Part shown: positions 17,360-33,131 of the stretch, in pieces
How positions within the stretch are numbered: the first letter of the stretch is position 1
How the letters are laid out: each line of letters starts with the position of its first letter
NCBI RefSeq assembly: GCF_009914755.1
Contig: NC_060934.1
DNA length: 64,000 bases
Direction: 5' to 3' (one strand)
Source of the DNA: the human T2T-CHM13v2.0 reference genome, Homo sapiens
Program-made: the position numbers and the translations under genes
The notes under the pieces: model-generated
Seen by the model: only the letters and a program-made list of their open reading frames with translations
Told to the model about the DNA's origin: nothing
Database searches by the model: none

Positions 17360-18984
17360 TAGGTAACTCTTAATTGTGTTTTTACACATTTGTGTGGCAT
17401 TTCCTTTAAGCCACCTATGTGGTCTTTGAGGAATTGTGATACCAAGCGTTCAACACAAAACTGGAAACTTCCACTATTGAGAGGTTCATCCATTCTGTCC
17501 TGAAGGACAACAGGCATTTCCTGCTGTCCTTCTAGGTTTAACTTGTACCTCTTCAGGAGGCACATGGTTCTGGAGGGGCAGGTTTGTAGTGTTCCTGAGG
17601 ATTTTCCCTGCCTCCTTTTAAACGATCATCTATCATTGCTTCAGTAGCTTTAGCATTTTCGGTGAGTCTTTTGATTCAGTAAAGTATAGAGTAGGGATAA
17701 AGAATAAACAAGACAAATTTTATTAGCCTCGTTTTCATTTAAAAATAATATTGTACTTAATTGAAATATAAATGAGCGCTGTTTGAGCTTTCTTTAAAAA
17801 AAAAAAAAAAAAAGATGAGTGACTCAGAGCTAACCACTCTGGCTAGAGCTTCTGAATGATGTCTTAAAAGTTCTCCAATAAAACTGACAAGAACAAGGCT
17901 GACAAATTTGTAATTTCATCAGAAACTGAGCAAAAGGAAATTTATGGTAAAGATAAATACTTATCCATTGTAGACCATTGGATAGCCACTGCTCTCAGAG
18001 CCTGCCTTGCTGAAATATATTCAGTGTGTATATACATACAAAATATTCAGCCTTTGCTTTAAAAGGCAAATAGAACACTATTCCTTTGTATAATCCTTAA
18101 AGCTTCACTTTCTGGTTTGTGTTTTATGCCTTTATTTGAACACTAAAACAATATTTGTTTATATGTATTTCCCCTTATTCTATATGAAAGATGATCTGGT
18201 AAATCTGTTAAATCCTTTACAAAAACATCACCACTCAAACTTACTTTGAAATATTTGCAACTCCTGAGTAATTATGTTGAGTAGCATTTCACTATAGTTT
18301 AACCAACAGTGGTTTCATTCCCTGTACAGACATTAGATCGTGTACCAAAAGAATTGTATCTTATTTCACGTATTACTCATGACTCATTGTTTCTGTATTT
18401 CACCGAAAATAGACTAATACTCCTTTTCTCCTCTTCTCCTTTGTGGATTTTATTGTAAGAGAAGATAGGCTTAAAACAGAATAATTTTCAGGAGCAAAAT
18501 TACGTGGGTTTTTCCATCTGGGTAATCCATTTTGGCTTTTATTATTGTGGAGGAGAATATAGCTCATACAGTAGATGGTTTGTTGTTTCTTTTTCCTGCT
18601 TGTATTTTTTTTTTAAGAAATGATTTCTTCACAAAATCAGCAACAATTCTCCTTGAATTTTTCTTGTATTTCTTCATCCAGTTGGCTCTCATTTTCCCCC
18701 ATCTTCTGCTTGCCTATTGTGATACTCAGTGAGCCTGAGGAGCTACAGAACTTTCATTTAAAAATGCAGAAATAGAAACAATTGACAAATGCTTGCCACA
18801 AAGAAAAAATTCCAAACTCAAAAATCTGGCCTGTTTAATTTGTTCTGCAGTAGTGTCCTCTGCTATTAATTTATTTATGCAAGCTGTAAAGTCTGAGAAA
18901 AGGCTTCTGTTTTTAAAGGCTTTTCAGTTTCTGTTCTCCAATTTTTTTTGTAATAAACTTCCATTTCATATTCTTCTTAATATT

Positions 18985-19370
18985 TTATTATGAAAGTTGA
19001 AAACCTTTATGAAAGTTGGAGTAATGGTTTAATGAATCCCATGTACCCAGTACCTAACTTCATCAGTTACCAACACATAGCCTATCTTATTTCATTTTTA
19101 CCCCCACTCATTTTTTTGCACACACACAAAATACTGGATTGTTTTATGGAAATTATTTATTGTTTTTCTGTAAATACTTCAATATATTTCTCTGACATGT
19201 AAGGGTAGCCACAATACCATAATTAAATCTAAAAATATTAACAGTATTTTTAATATCATAGAATATCTAGTCATGTTTAAATTTTTCTGATTGTCCCATA
19301 AATTTACACTTAGCTCATTTTAAATGGAATCCAAACAAGGACCAGACATTGTATTCTTTCTTAATCTGTA
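18985..19370 (-). mobile_element. Old L1M (L1MC/ME) 3' fragment
   Basis: aatgaatcccatgtacccag...gaatccaaacaagg motifs. Confidence 0.55.
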
Positions 19371-19400
19371 GGATCCTTCTCTTTGTTTTTGGAATGTAAG

Positions 19401-19404
<4 letters not shown>

Positions 19405-19454
<50 letters not shown>
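19405..19454. repeat. (TA)25 microsatellite
   Basis: Seen directly. Confidence 0.97.
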
Positions 19455-19459
<5 letters not shown>

Positions 19460-19460
19460 A

Positions 19461-19765
<305 letters not shown>

Positions 19766-20189
19766 ACAATTTACCTATTTTTAAAGTCAACAAATGGCTC
19801 AAATACCACAAAATCCAGAAGAAAAACAAAACATTTTAATTAATTACCTGATACACTTCTATAATACTTTTTGTTCCTGCTTTGTCTTCATACTCTTTGA
19901 TCACTTCTTCATGTGACAAAGATTTTCTAATATAATTTCTTATAGAGAATAAACCTAATTCAGCCTTTTTCCTAACATAGTTGATTGAAATTTGTTTTTT
20001 TGTTGTAGATCACATGCAAAAAAACTGGCAAATTCACATACAGTCACAGTCATTGTAGTATTAATGCACACAGAAGAGTATCAGTTCTATTTTGTGTGAT
20101 TCCCAACAAAAATGAAAACAAAGTATGTTGCATTGTAATTGTATCCACGTCTTAGCCGATAAATTTCTTCTTACTTATTGGTTGATTGA

Positions 20190-20937
<748 letters not shown>

Positions 20938-21114
20938 GCCCTAGTATATTTCTGATGACAGAGAACTTCCATTTTGATAAGGTGTCAATGAGAACCCAAT
21001 CCTTTGCTTACAGTTTACCCCCTTTTTTTCCCCCTTGCCATTTATTTGTTGAATAAACCAATTCAACTGTGCTATAGAAAGTCCCTGTGGAATTTGCTAG
21101 TCATCTATATATTT

Positions 21115-21535
21115 ACCCATCTAATAAATATTTATTGAGAGTCTGTTATGTACAGGCACTTCCTGCTTTCATAGAGCAACAGTCTAGTAGATGAACAAAC
21201 ACTGATCATCTCACGATTAAATATAGAATTTTAATTTCATAAGCACTTAGAAGAGAGATGTGAAGAAAACTTTAAGAGCATTTCATAAGGGATTTGACCT
21301 ATTCTAGTTATCAAGGAGGTGGTAATTGAATGAGGTCTGCAGAAATGAGTAGGCATTAAAGGGATGAAGGAATGACCTGGGGGATCTTTCTCTAACCAGA
21401 AGAATGGGGAAAGGCCTGGAGCCCACAGAGGAGAATGAAGAATATAGGGAATTTCAAAAAGCCAATGTGGTGAAGTACAGAGAGTGAGAAGGCTGATGTG
21501 AGATGAAGTCAAAGACATAGGTAGGGAATGGGCCA
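21115..21535 (-). mobile_element. L2 fragment
   Basis: aataaatatttattgag...tacaggcact...gagcaacagtctag. Confidence 0.6.
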
Positions 21536-21543
21536 TGAAGAGC

Positions 21544-21848
<305 letters not shown>

Positions 21849-21884
21849 CATGAAGAGCTTTAAAGACAGCTATGTGGAGGCCTT

Positions 21885-22370
21885 TGATTCATTAATTCAT
21901 TCAAATATGCAGTGGTTATTTGAGGGAATATGTCTCTTATGTGACAGGAACTTCTCTTGGTGCCAGGAACATACAGAACTAGTCATGGACCTTGCATTCT
22001 AGTGGTGGTGTAGGCAGCGGGGAAGAGGGTGGGAACAATAAATCAATAAGAAAGAATCACATAATGTGAAGTTCCAAGAATAAAATAAAGCAGAGTCTTG
22101 TGTTTAAAGCAATTGTTGAGCTACTTTAGATTGAATGGAAAGAGAGGACCTTTTTGAGGAGGGGTTGTTTAGTGAAACCTGAATGATGAGAAGGAACCAA
22201 TCATGCAAAAAGAATCTATGGAAGGAATACTTCAGGCAGAGAAACGAAATTATGCAAGGCCATGAGGCCAGAAGCAAGCTTGGCCAGTTCAAGGAACAGT
22301 TCAAGAAGACATTGGCCTGGGACATAAGGATTGAGGATGTCAGAGTTACAAAATAAGGTTGGGAGAGGCA
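21885..22370 (-). mobile_element. L2 fragment
   Basis: attcattaattcattcaaa...gaaggaaccaatcatgcaaa...aaggccatgagg. Confidence 0.6.
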
Positions 22371-23985
22371 TACAGCTAACATATAGCTATTAAACCATAT
22401 TACAGAATTAGTCACAAAATAACACAGCTCTAAGGAGTGACATTTGCTTTGGTAGTGAACGTGGTTCCTTAAGTCACTGAGAAACAATATTTATTTTATT
22501 GCTTTTCACACTCAGGAGTAGCATTTTCATTTATTATGTGGAAATTTAGCTGAGCTTAAAAGCCTGATGGCCACAAAGACTTTTATAAGGTGGTACATCT
22601 GTAGAGTGAAGGGGGAAAGAAGATGCATTGACAGTAATTTAGTTATTTAGTACAGTCAGCTGAACTAACACTTAAATGAGAATTTTGAGGAATATATTAC
22701 TTAAGCCTAAAGATAACATTTTAATGGCTTCCTATTGTGCCAAGTGCACTTCTTCTGAAATCTTAAAAAAAAAAAAAGTGACAGTGCTTCTCCTTGGAAA
22801 TGGCAACTTTTAATGTGGTCTAAGCCAAGAAGACTAATGAAATTTGCTTAAGTTCAATGAGTTCTTTTTTTTGTTTGTCATTTTTATTAGAAAAGGAGGC
22901 CAGTCATCATAGTGTAATCAAACTCCAAAATTTAGCTCCCAGGTAACTCAATTCTAAATAGTTCGTTGGAACAGTGAATCTAATGCTTTGATTATTTTGC
23001 CTCCTTTTACTTCTTTCACCATATACATACCCACCCTCCCTCTCCTCTCACACACACACATAAGCTTTGCTCAGAAAATAGACCTGATGCTGGATTTTTT
23101 ACTTCAGTGTTGACTGGCTGTTCTAAGGGATGGCCAACAGAAGATGGGGCACTGAGAATTGTTTTCCTTTTCTCACCCAAGAACATCTATTATTCATAAA
23201 ATAACATATTCTGTTAATATGTATTTCCTGCAAATTATTAGCAGGAAATAGAAAAAACTGAAAAGGAAAATAATTGATTTCTGTCCAGATTCTGTTTACT
23301 TACTTAAACATCTAATAACTTTTCCAAATAGAAACAGTCACTTAAATGCAATCTAGTCAATAAGCAACATGAAATAGGAAAATTTATAGCAGTCTATTGA
23401 CAAGCTTATTTTACTTGATGGTAAATAGATGATTTCTTTACGGAACACTTTTTAGGAGAAGAATAACCTGAATTTAAAGAATAGTCACATTTTACAATGC
23501 CATATTATCACCACTAATGGATATTAGGTTTCCTTTGTCATTATATTCAGCAGTTGGCTTACCTTTTCTTCCACCTGCTATCTTTGAAACTCAGCCAGTT
23601 TTTCTTGTCTTTGGCTTCTGATGCAGATCTCATTACCAGCCAAATGAGAACAGATTCAAGTAAATGTTTGCCCTGAAATTAGACGAGTCTACTGTAGAAA
23701 TTTTTGAGGCAAGAACAGTCATAGGCATCTGAAACACTAGCTTCAACGGAACATATAATGATTGCAGAATCCAAAGAAATATTTCATAATTTTGACTCAA
23801 GAATGAAGTTCCCATAAAATTGTATTAAGTTTTCAGGTACATTCTTAATATTCATGGCATACATAGCCATTAGAGGAAAGGAAATAAGACTCTAGTAACA
23901 TTTTTAAAGGTCATCTTGTAGAAGGAAGTATCCTTTCAGTACCTTGAGGGAGAGTTAGGATTGGTTTATTTTCTGGAAAGCTTCA

Positions 23986-24368
23986 TGCATTAATCCGTTC
24001 TCACATAACTATAAAGAACTACTCGAGACTGGGTAATTTATAAAGAAGAGGTTTAGTTGACTCACATTTCTGCAGCCTGTACAGGAAACATGGCTGGGAG
24101 GCGGAATCATGGCTAGAATCATGGCGGAAGGCGAAGAGGGAGCAAGCACATCTTACTATGGTGGAGCAGGAGAGAGAGAATGTGAAGGGGGAAGTGCTAC
24201 ACACTTTTAGACAGCCAGATCTCGTGAGAACTCACTCACTCTCTTGAGAACAGCAAGGGGGAAATCCACCTCCATGATTCAGTCACCTCCCACCAGGTCC
24301 CCCTACCGAAATTGGCAAGTAGAATTTGACATGAGATTTGGGTGGGGACACAGAGCCAAACCGTATCA
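23986..24368 (-). mobile_element. THE1D/MSTA-like MaLR solo LTR
   Basis: tg...ca ends; gagactgggtaatttataaag...gggtggggacacagagccaaaccgtatca. Confidence 0.9.
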
Positions 24369-24559
24369 CCTTGGAAATTATAAGATGTTTTGTCTTTATC
24401 CTTTCAGCAATGAGGAGCCAGTGAAAGTGTTCTGAAGAGATGATAATATCATCCAGTCTTTCTGTTGGAGAGTGACTGGTGCATTCTGATGGATATATTA
24501 GAAGGACAAAAGATTGGAGGCATTGTAGTAGTAGTAACAATAACCATTCTGTTTTGAGT

Positions 24560-24757
24560 GCCAGGCACGTGCTCACTGTGCTTAATGCTTTATATGCATT
24601 AGCCCTTTGTCACCTCACAACATCTGGATTTATCTAAACAGAAACTAAGACTTGAGGCAGTCAGTGGAACTTGCTCCAAACCACAAAGCTAATAAATGGA
24701 AGAGCTGGGATTCAAATCCATTTGTGACTTTAGGGCCTCTGCTCTTAACCACTGAAT
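24560..24757 (-). mobile_element. MIR
   Basis: gctgggattcaaatcca...tgctcttaaccact. Confidence 0.7.
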
Positions 24758-24799
24758 TATATTAATATTCATAGAAAAAAGAAGGAACAAAAAGAAGCA

Positions 24800-25360
24800 A
24801 AAAGGGTGATGGTAGACTTGATGAGACTTGGAATTGGCTGGGAGTACAAAGTGAAGACTCTAAAATGGCTATGGGTCTTAAAGCCTGAGAGACTGACCAA
24901 AAAGTTTGACGTACAATTAATTGAAATCGGAAACATTGGAGTGGAGCAGGTTTGGGAACATATTTTACTTCAGGGACTTAGAGGTATATTTGATAGAGCT
25001 ATTCTAATAAGCAGCTAGAAATTTGAATCTGAAAATCAGTACAGAAAGGACTCAAGACATTATTTTCATTGAGATAATAACTTGAAGTTCTAAGAAAGGT
25101 TGAGCTCTCCAAACAGAATAAGTATGAAAAAACAAGGGCAAAGAATAAGCCTTGATGAGTATTTTGGGGATAGCTGGAAGAGCAAGAAGGCAATAAAGGA
25201 GACATAGAAGTGGTCAAAGACAGTAGAGTAAGAAGTAAATTCAGGAACTCCTAGAGTGTCATAGAATTCAAAGAAAAGAATTTCAGGAGGGAGGAGGTAG
25301 TCAGCAGTATCAAATGTTTCCAAGAAGGCATAATAGTATGAGAAATGAGAAAATATCAGT
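24800..25360 (-). mobile_element. L2 fragment
   Basis: Purine-rich; ggaggtagtcagcagtatcaaatg motif. Confidence 0.55.
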
Positions 25361-25389
25361 GGGAAGTAGGATTAGTGAAGGCAGGCTTC

Positions 25390-25427
25390 TGTGTGTGCGT
25401 GTGTGTGTGTGTTTGTGTGTGCGCGCG
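25390..25427. repeat. Imperfect (TG)n(CG)n
   Basis: Seen directly. Confidence 0.85.
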
Positions 25428-25823
25428 AACATATGTGTATGGGGGTGGACATAGTGTAGAACTAGACATGTCTAAGGTTGGAGAAAGGAGCTATTGAAGT
25501 TGGAGACATTAAAGATGCAAGAGAGAAGAACTAACTGAAGAAGTAAAGGTATTCACCTTGCAAAGGAGTGGGGAGACTTCTTTCCCTGTGTTAGAGTGAA
25601 AGAAGAGAAAAAAAGAAAATTGAGAGAAACTTGGTGTTGGAGAAGAGAGGAATTGTGAGGGTGAATTTCAGAAATTTCCTATTTTACTGGTTTCAGTAAA
25701 ATAAGAGGTGACGTCTTTGACTGAGAGGCAGGAAACAGTTCTGAACAACTTCTGTAGGGAAGAAGTCTGAGAGTCCACTGACATATGTGAAAGCATTTAG
25801 TGAGTAACATGATTTTGTAGTGA

Positions 25824-26240
<417 letters not shown>

Positions 26241-27525
26241 TAAATTTACCAGAAAGTAAGGATTGGCACAGTAGGTCTAGGAGGTCAAGGAAACCAAAAT
26301 GCCAGAGAACATAGTTAAAATAAGGCTTATACTGAGTATGGAGATAGTAGAGAAAGGACAATAGGCCTGGAGAATATTGAAAAGACTTGGTAACTTCTAT
26401 TGGTTATATCCAGTAAGAAACCTCCAACCTGCTCAGCACATGCTTTTAGAAATAGCTATTCAGTGTATACTTTATTAGTTTACCAACTGGGGTCACCCTT
26501 TGAACCAAAATAAACATGAATCTTTTACTGCCAATTTCTCAAGGCAAAAATGCGTAATTTATAATGTAGGAAAGATAGGCTATAAAATAGTTGATAAGAT
26601 TTAAGTCTAGATTGCCTTTTCAGTTCGGTTGTGGTGGCTGTTGTTTGAGAAAAAGGTTATTGATGTTAAAGGATAGTTGCATTCTAGACGCAATGAGCCA
26701 AAATAGAATTTGTTGCGAACTTGTTAATGTGTTCATGTGTGTTTTTTGTTGAAGTGAGTTGACATTTTTATGACAAACATTTTTTTGTGTCTGTTGTAGT
26801 TGTTCAATGAGAAGAGGGCCAATATAACCAATAGACTTGGTCCTCTACTAATCTGAATAATAAGACTTGTTTTGTAAGACCTGTGGGGTCCCTTCAGATT
26901 ATTCTTACAATTGGATTTTCTTTTCTTAACTAAGCAGCTACTCAATCTCTCTTTGCTTTTCTTTCAATGACATTAGAGTTCCAGAGCAAGAGGAAAGGAA
27001 TCTTTCACTCAGTTTAGTTTGATTGAAAAGGCCCACTTAATTAAAATGTGTAAGTTGTCTTTGAGCTTATCATTTAATGATTTTCTTCTATCTCTGTATT
27101 AAGAGACTAAGTAATGATAATGTTTTGAATTTTTGCAAAATAAATTTCATGTTAACTAACTTATCTTTGAAGATAAAAGATAATTTCTCAAGATAACATG
27201 TTTTGAAAAGAATTTTACCAAAAGACCATACTGGCTTTTTCAGTATTATTTTCATATACATAGAATTCTGAATGCTGTCTTTTCCTTTATTACAGATATA
27301 TTCAGAAACATTTCCCTGTATCTTCCTTCTTGTTTAGTTAAAAAATAAATTTTATTCAGCCAACCCTGTGTTCCTTGTCATTTATGTACTAGATACACTT
27401 GAAAACAGTTTCCTATATTGAATGTATTTTAGGAAATAATATTATTTACCTATTCATTTTGGATGTTTATAGTGCTTTTTTTTTTAACATGGAGAGTAAA
27501 ATGCTTTTAATTTGTAATTTCAAGG

Positions 27526-27830
27526 TTTCTTTTCTTTTTGTTTTTTTTCTTTTTGAGAGGGAATCTTGCCCTACTGCCCAGGCTAGAGTGCAGTGGTGTG
27601 ATCTCGGCTCACTGCAGCCTCCACTGCCCGATTCAAGCAATTCTCCTGTCTCAGCCTCCCGAGTAGCTGGGATTGCAGACATCTGCCACCATGCCCAACT
27701 AATTTTTGTATTTTTAGTAGAGGCGGGGTTTCACCATGTTGGCCAGGCTGGTCTCGAACTCCTGAGCTCAGGTGATCCGCCCGCCTCGGCTTCCCAAAGT
27801 GCTGGGATTACAGGCATGAGCCACTGCGCC
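27526..27830 (-). mobile_element. AluS
   Basis: Antisense dimer. Confidence 0.93.
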
Positions 27831-28051
27831 CATACTCCAGATTTCTTATACTTCATTATTGATATGAGGTGGAGACAGTGGGCAGAGCAAAAGAGTACAA
27901 AAGGAAGAAAAGTGACCAGAGAGAACAGAATTCTATGCAGAGATTTAGTGGTTGAAGACATGATGCAAAAGGACAAAGGAACCTCAGGGATGGTCTCTAG
28001 TGAGTAATCTTTAGTATTCATTATTGAGATATGCTTTAAAATAGTATCATG

Positions 28052-28091
28052 AAGGGCTGTTTTCTGACATAAAGGGCTGTTTTCTGACATA
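28052..28091. repeat. Perfect 20-bp tandem duplication aagggctgttttctgacata x2
   Basis: Seen directly. Confidence 0.92.
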
Positions 28092-28818
28092 ACTTTCTAT
28101 CCTTACAGAAGCAAATTGTTGCAAAGCAATGTAAAGAGGAAGTAAGCTTTCTTCCCATTACTGCTTTATGTAATGTTTTATCAAATGCTTTGGCTTTATG
28201 TTGTCCGGTTTTTAGTGTCCTGTGGGAGGTTGGTGGAGAGGAGTATCCAGCCCTGAGTAAATTCAAAAATATGCAGCTTGACAAGTTAATCATCTCTGTG
28301 GCTTAGTGCTTCAAGATGTGCTTTAACTGTCACCTCTGATTCCTGGATCACTTTCATCACTGTCTTTTCTAAGCTGTACTAAACATTAAATAACATGAGG
28401 GTTCCTTGCTGCCAGCATTTAGAATACAGTCTAGTTCCTAGCCCAGTGTCCTAGCCCAACATTCTGGATTTTTTATATATGCTGTGAGGATGACTCATGG
28501 CAAGAGTTCGTTCAAACAGATTCCCCATAGGAAGCTGAAATGAGAGCTTTTGGCAAGGCAGGTAGAACCCATTGGAACATAAATTCAAATGATATATAGC
28601 TAGCTGTGGACTGCTAGTGAGCAACAGCTGACCAGCCAACTTGGAAATTAACATTTAGAGTCAGTGTCTTTTTATGAGCAAAGGCATCAACCAACAATGT
28701 GATGTAACGTCCAGAGCTGTAAACGACTCTGAAGACTGCAGAAACCTAACCCTTTAATTATAGAAGGTAATGAAAAATCAGGTAAAACTTGGGAAAGAAG
28801 TGTAAGAGGATCTGTTAA

Positions 28819-29141
<323 letters not shown>

Positions 29142-29879
29142 AAATACCATCTCTCTTGATGTCTGCACTATGGATAGCATATTTTTGTGATTTTTTTTTT
29201 CCTGACTGTGAAACAACACGATTGTTGTAAACAATTTGCAAACTATACATAAATTATAACCTGCAGGTCTATTTAGTCTATGTTCTTCAGGTCTATACAT
29301 ACATATTTTTTAAACATAATTTAGGTTCTTGCTACACACTGTGTTTTGTAACTGACAGTGTGATGTTTCAACACCTAGACCCAAAGAATTTTAAACCTTA
29401 AAAATCCCCTAATCTAACCTTCTGAAATTGGAGGAGGTACTTGAATCCAAGTGGCAGGGGATGGAAAAGTAAAGGCAGTTACACACATGTTCAACAAATG
29501 AGGGTCAAATCAAATGGAAGAGTGCAACAAGGGACTTTAGTAATGGTCAGGTGAAACTGGTAATCCTGATCCTGGTAAACTGGTAAAAACCTAATTTGTA
29601 AGCATGCCATGGAAGTCTTTTATAGTATGGCATTCTGCAACTGCCTTTAATCCAAGTGGTACAACTGATTTGGCATGGCTGCTGGAATGGATCTCCAAAC
29701 AAATGTTGTTCCTGGCACAGGCTTCTTCTGAGCAATTCTTTCACACTGCTGACATTGGAGTTTTTTGTTTTTTTTTAATATATCTTTCATTCCCTGGTGC
29801 ATTAAAACCTATCAAGCCTATAATTTTTTGCTTTAAAGATTAGCTCTTCTTACAATGTAATGTGTGAGGAAGAGACTTC

Positions 29880-31330
29880 AATTAAAAGTAGCAGAATAAA
29901 GGAATTTTTACTCTTCCTTTCTTTTTTGAAACTCACTAAAAAAAAGACAGGAAAATAGAAAAGAAGTCCATTATTAGTGCAACTAGGCACAAAGCTCAGC
30001 CCCGGAATACAAACAATGAAGCATAACTTGCCAAATACATACTATGAAATCTAGACCACATATAGGAGGTTGCTGAACCTCTTCTGGGAATTCCAAGCAA
30101 TGTACTGATTTCTCTAAAAGGAAGGGTTATATTATCTTAAGGGTCTAACCAGTGAACCTTTATTGTAGTGTTCTGACATTTAGTTTTTTATAGACTCAAA
30201 TTATAGATATGATCTGTTACAAAAAATAAGAATCTGTCCAACACAAGTGTTAAGAAATAATAAGGCAATAGGAGGAGATGAAAAACCAGTGGGAAAATCT
30301 TAGGAAAGAAGTATTAAAGAAAAATAAAAGCATTAGAGAAGTGAAAAACACATCAGAAATAACAACAAAGAGTAAATGTAATCAGAGACATGGCTAAGAG
30401 GCTTGAGGAAATTATATCAATTTAAGAAAATACAGATATAAAAATTATAGAGAAAATGATAAGGGGAAACAAAAGACATCTATGCATGGCATCAGCAAAC
30501 TTGTAAAGGGCCAAAAGTAAATACTTTAGGCTTTGCAGCCATATAGTTTCTGTTACAGGCATTCAGCTCTGCCTCTTATAGTACAGGAGCAGCCATACAC
30601 ACTATATATGGCTGTGTTGTAGTAAAACTTTTATTTACAAAAACAGATAGTGGACTGGATTTTGCCTGATCTTGGTTGCTGAACTTCGTTCTTGAGAAAA
30701 ATAACAAATGGAACTGAAGTAATATTTAGAGGTATAATAGGAGAAAAATTTTTCTGAAATAATTAAAACCTTGAATCAAAGATGACTACCCTGTGGCCCA
30801 GGAATAATTGATATAGAACAATTGATATCGAGGCATATTTTGGTGAAAATATAGAACTTAAATGGATAAAGAATTTGGTGGACATGTAGGTAGTGGGATG
30901 GGGGACAGAACTTGGGTTTACCTTAGCTTTCTCTTTAGCAAGAAACAATGTTAGAAAACAATAGAGGAATGTTGACCACGTCTTGAAGTTAACCCAGGAT
31001 TTTTTAACCAGCAAAATACTTTAAGCATAAATATTAATACACGGATGTGCTCTAGCATGGGAAAGCTCAACAAATCTAATACCCATGAGATCTTTTTCAG
31101 ACAGATTACATCGTGATAAAAACCTACCTAATCGAAAGATTAATCAAAGAATTCAGAAATAAACTGATAAAAAATAGTGTGATAAGAATTAAATTCATTT
31201 CATTACAGAGCTAATATGCCTCAGTGGAAATTATACTTTCAGAATAGATTATCACTTTATAATCTTGATATTATAAAAATAAATAACAAATCAGGTGGGG
31301 AAGGGAGGTGTAAATGTTATTCCTTCATAG
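29880..31330 (+). mobile_element. Old L1M 5'/ORF1-region fragments, interrupted by MER58
   Basis: A-rich strand, degenerate L1 ORF1-like motifs. Confidence 0.45.
30485..30688. mobile_element. MER58A (hAT-Charlie)
   Basis: gcaaacttgtaaagggcca...gtaaatactttaggcttt...ttatttacaaaaacag. Confidence 0.8.
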
Positions 31331-31570
31331 CAAGAAGGATCACTTGAGGCCATAAGTTCAAGATCAGCCTGGCCAACATGGTGAAAACCCATCTCTATTA
31401 AAAATACAAAAATATATGGTGGCGGGTGCCTGTAATCCCAGCTACTTAGGTGGTGAGGCACGAGAATCACTTGAAATAGCGGGGCGGAGGTTGCAGTGAG
31501 CCAAGATCATGCTACTGCACTCCAGCCTGGGCGACAGAGTGAGACTCCATCTCAAAAAAATAATAATAAA
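31331..31570 (+). mobile_element. Alu, 5'-truncated
   Basis: Alu body and A tail. Confidence 0.9.
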
Positions 31571-31881
31571 CTCTAGAGGGATCTTTTAGGAACTGGTATG
31601 CCATATGATTCAACACTCATTAACAAGTCTAGTTTTACATCAGATTTTTTTTCTTCAGCTATTTCAGTGAAAACTTTAAAATATTTTTTAAATAATACGT
31701 AGGAATGGGCAAAACATAAAGATGAGATTTATTCAGTTGTACAATAGAAGTTTTAGTAATCATTTAAGTAAAAGGAAATTTCCTCTGGCTTCCTGAACTT
31801 CAGTAATTGAAAGCTGTTCCTTTACAGCCAATTGGTGTGTGCTTTTAAATAGCCAACAACAGTGATTAAGACTAAGACATC

Positions 31882-32158
31882 AGCAGGGCACAGTGGCTCA
31901 CACATAATCCCAGCACTCAGGAGGCCGAAGCAGGAGGATCTCTTGAGCTCAGAAATTTGAGAACAGCATTGACAACATAGCAATACTTAATTTCTATTTA
32001 AAAAATTAAAAATTTAGCTGGGGTGGTGGCAAGCACCACCAGCTACTTCAGATGCTGAGGCAGTGGATGGCTTGAGTGCAGGAGGCACAGGCTGCAGTGA
32101 GCTGCACTCCAGCCTGAGTGACACAGGAGACGTTATCTCAGAACAAAACAAACAAAAA
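31882..32158 (+). mobile_element. AluJ
   Basis: Diverged dimer. Confidence 0.88.
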
Positions 32159-32992
32159 CTAGTACATAATCTGGTGAGGTTACAGACCTTCATTACAAAA
32201 GAATCTTCTGGACAGCCAGGCAAACAAACAAGTTCATATAAGTGTGATGAGGAATGGTAACATACTGTCATTATTTAAATAATTGCATTTAACAACTTAA
32301 TTGACTAATAAAAAGTGTTCTACAGCAAACTTAACTACTAATGTATTTCTATTTCTTTACTAGTGATTTATAATTATGTATTGGGCTAGTTTCCTGCATA
32401 TTCCTCCCCTGACACCTTAAAATTCATGTAATCCAGAAGCATTCAGGAGAATCATTTTTGGTTGGTAGTTTCCCTTCCACCTTCTGTTACTTGGTCCAGA
32501 ATTTCTGTGGCATCAAATATAAGACCTCTATATTGTAAAGCAAATACCCTATATCTATGTATATTTCAAGTAGAGTAATTTCAAGCTTCCGCCTTGGAGA
32601 AGAGAGTAAACTCTCCTCAGATATGTTTGTTTTTTACCCTTCTACCTGGCACCATTGACACAATACAGTAATAGGAACCTTTAATCAGTTCCATTTCATC
32701 ACATGTCATTTCCTTGCAGAGTGCCAATTTTACTTTATTTTCTTTTATTGACCTTACCTCCTTCTTAATAGTAGCCTGAGGTAGGCTAGTTTGCTATACT
32801 GTATAAGAAAACCTGATATTATTTTGAATAAACATGTGAATCTGTTCTTTAGACTTTGCTTGCCGTGACCACTGTCCTTGGGCATTAGAATTTTATTGTC
32901 TTTAAGATGACAGTTATTAAGTGGTTACTATAAATGAGCATTAATTAATGCACTACTCCTGTTTTTAAAGGGCTTACAGTTCAGTTCAACAG

Positions 32993-33131
32993 TTTTTGTT
33001 TTATTGTTGTTGTTGTTTTTAAGAGATGGAGTCTGTTGCCCAGGCTGGACTCAAACTCTTAGGCTCAAGCAATTCTCCTACCTCAGCCTCCTGAGTAGGT
33101 GGGACTAGAGGAGTGTGCTGTCACACCCAGT
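32993..33131 (-). mobile_element. FLAM monomer
   Basis: TSD agttcaaca. Confidence 0.85.

Noticed and set aside
18669-18692. Minus-strand ATGAGAGCCAACTGGATGAAGAAA resembles the RPL41 start (MRAKWRKK)
   Set aside because: Similarity ends after ~24 nt, flanks do not match RPL41 UTRs as I recall them, and no TSD is evident; probably chance
27399-28007. Longest ORF (202 aa)
   Set aside because: Non-ATG start, runs through an antisense Alu, no recognisable protein
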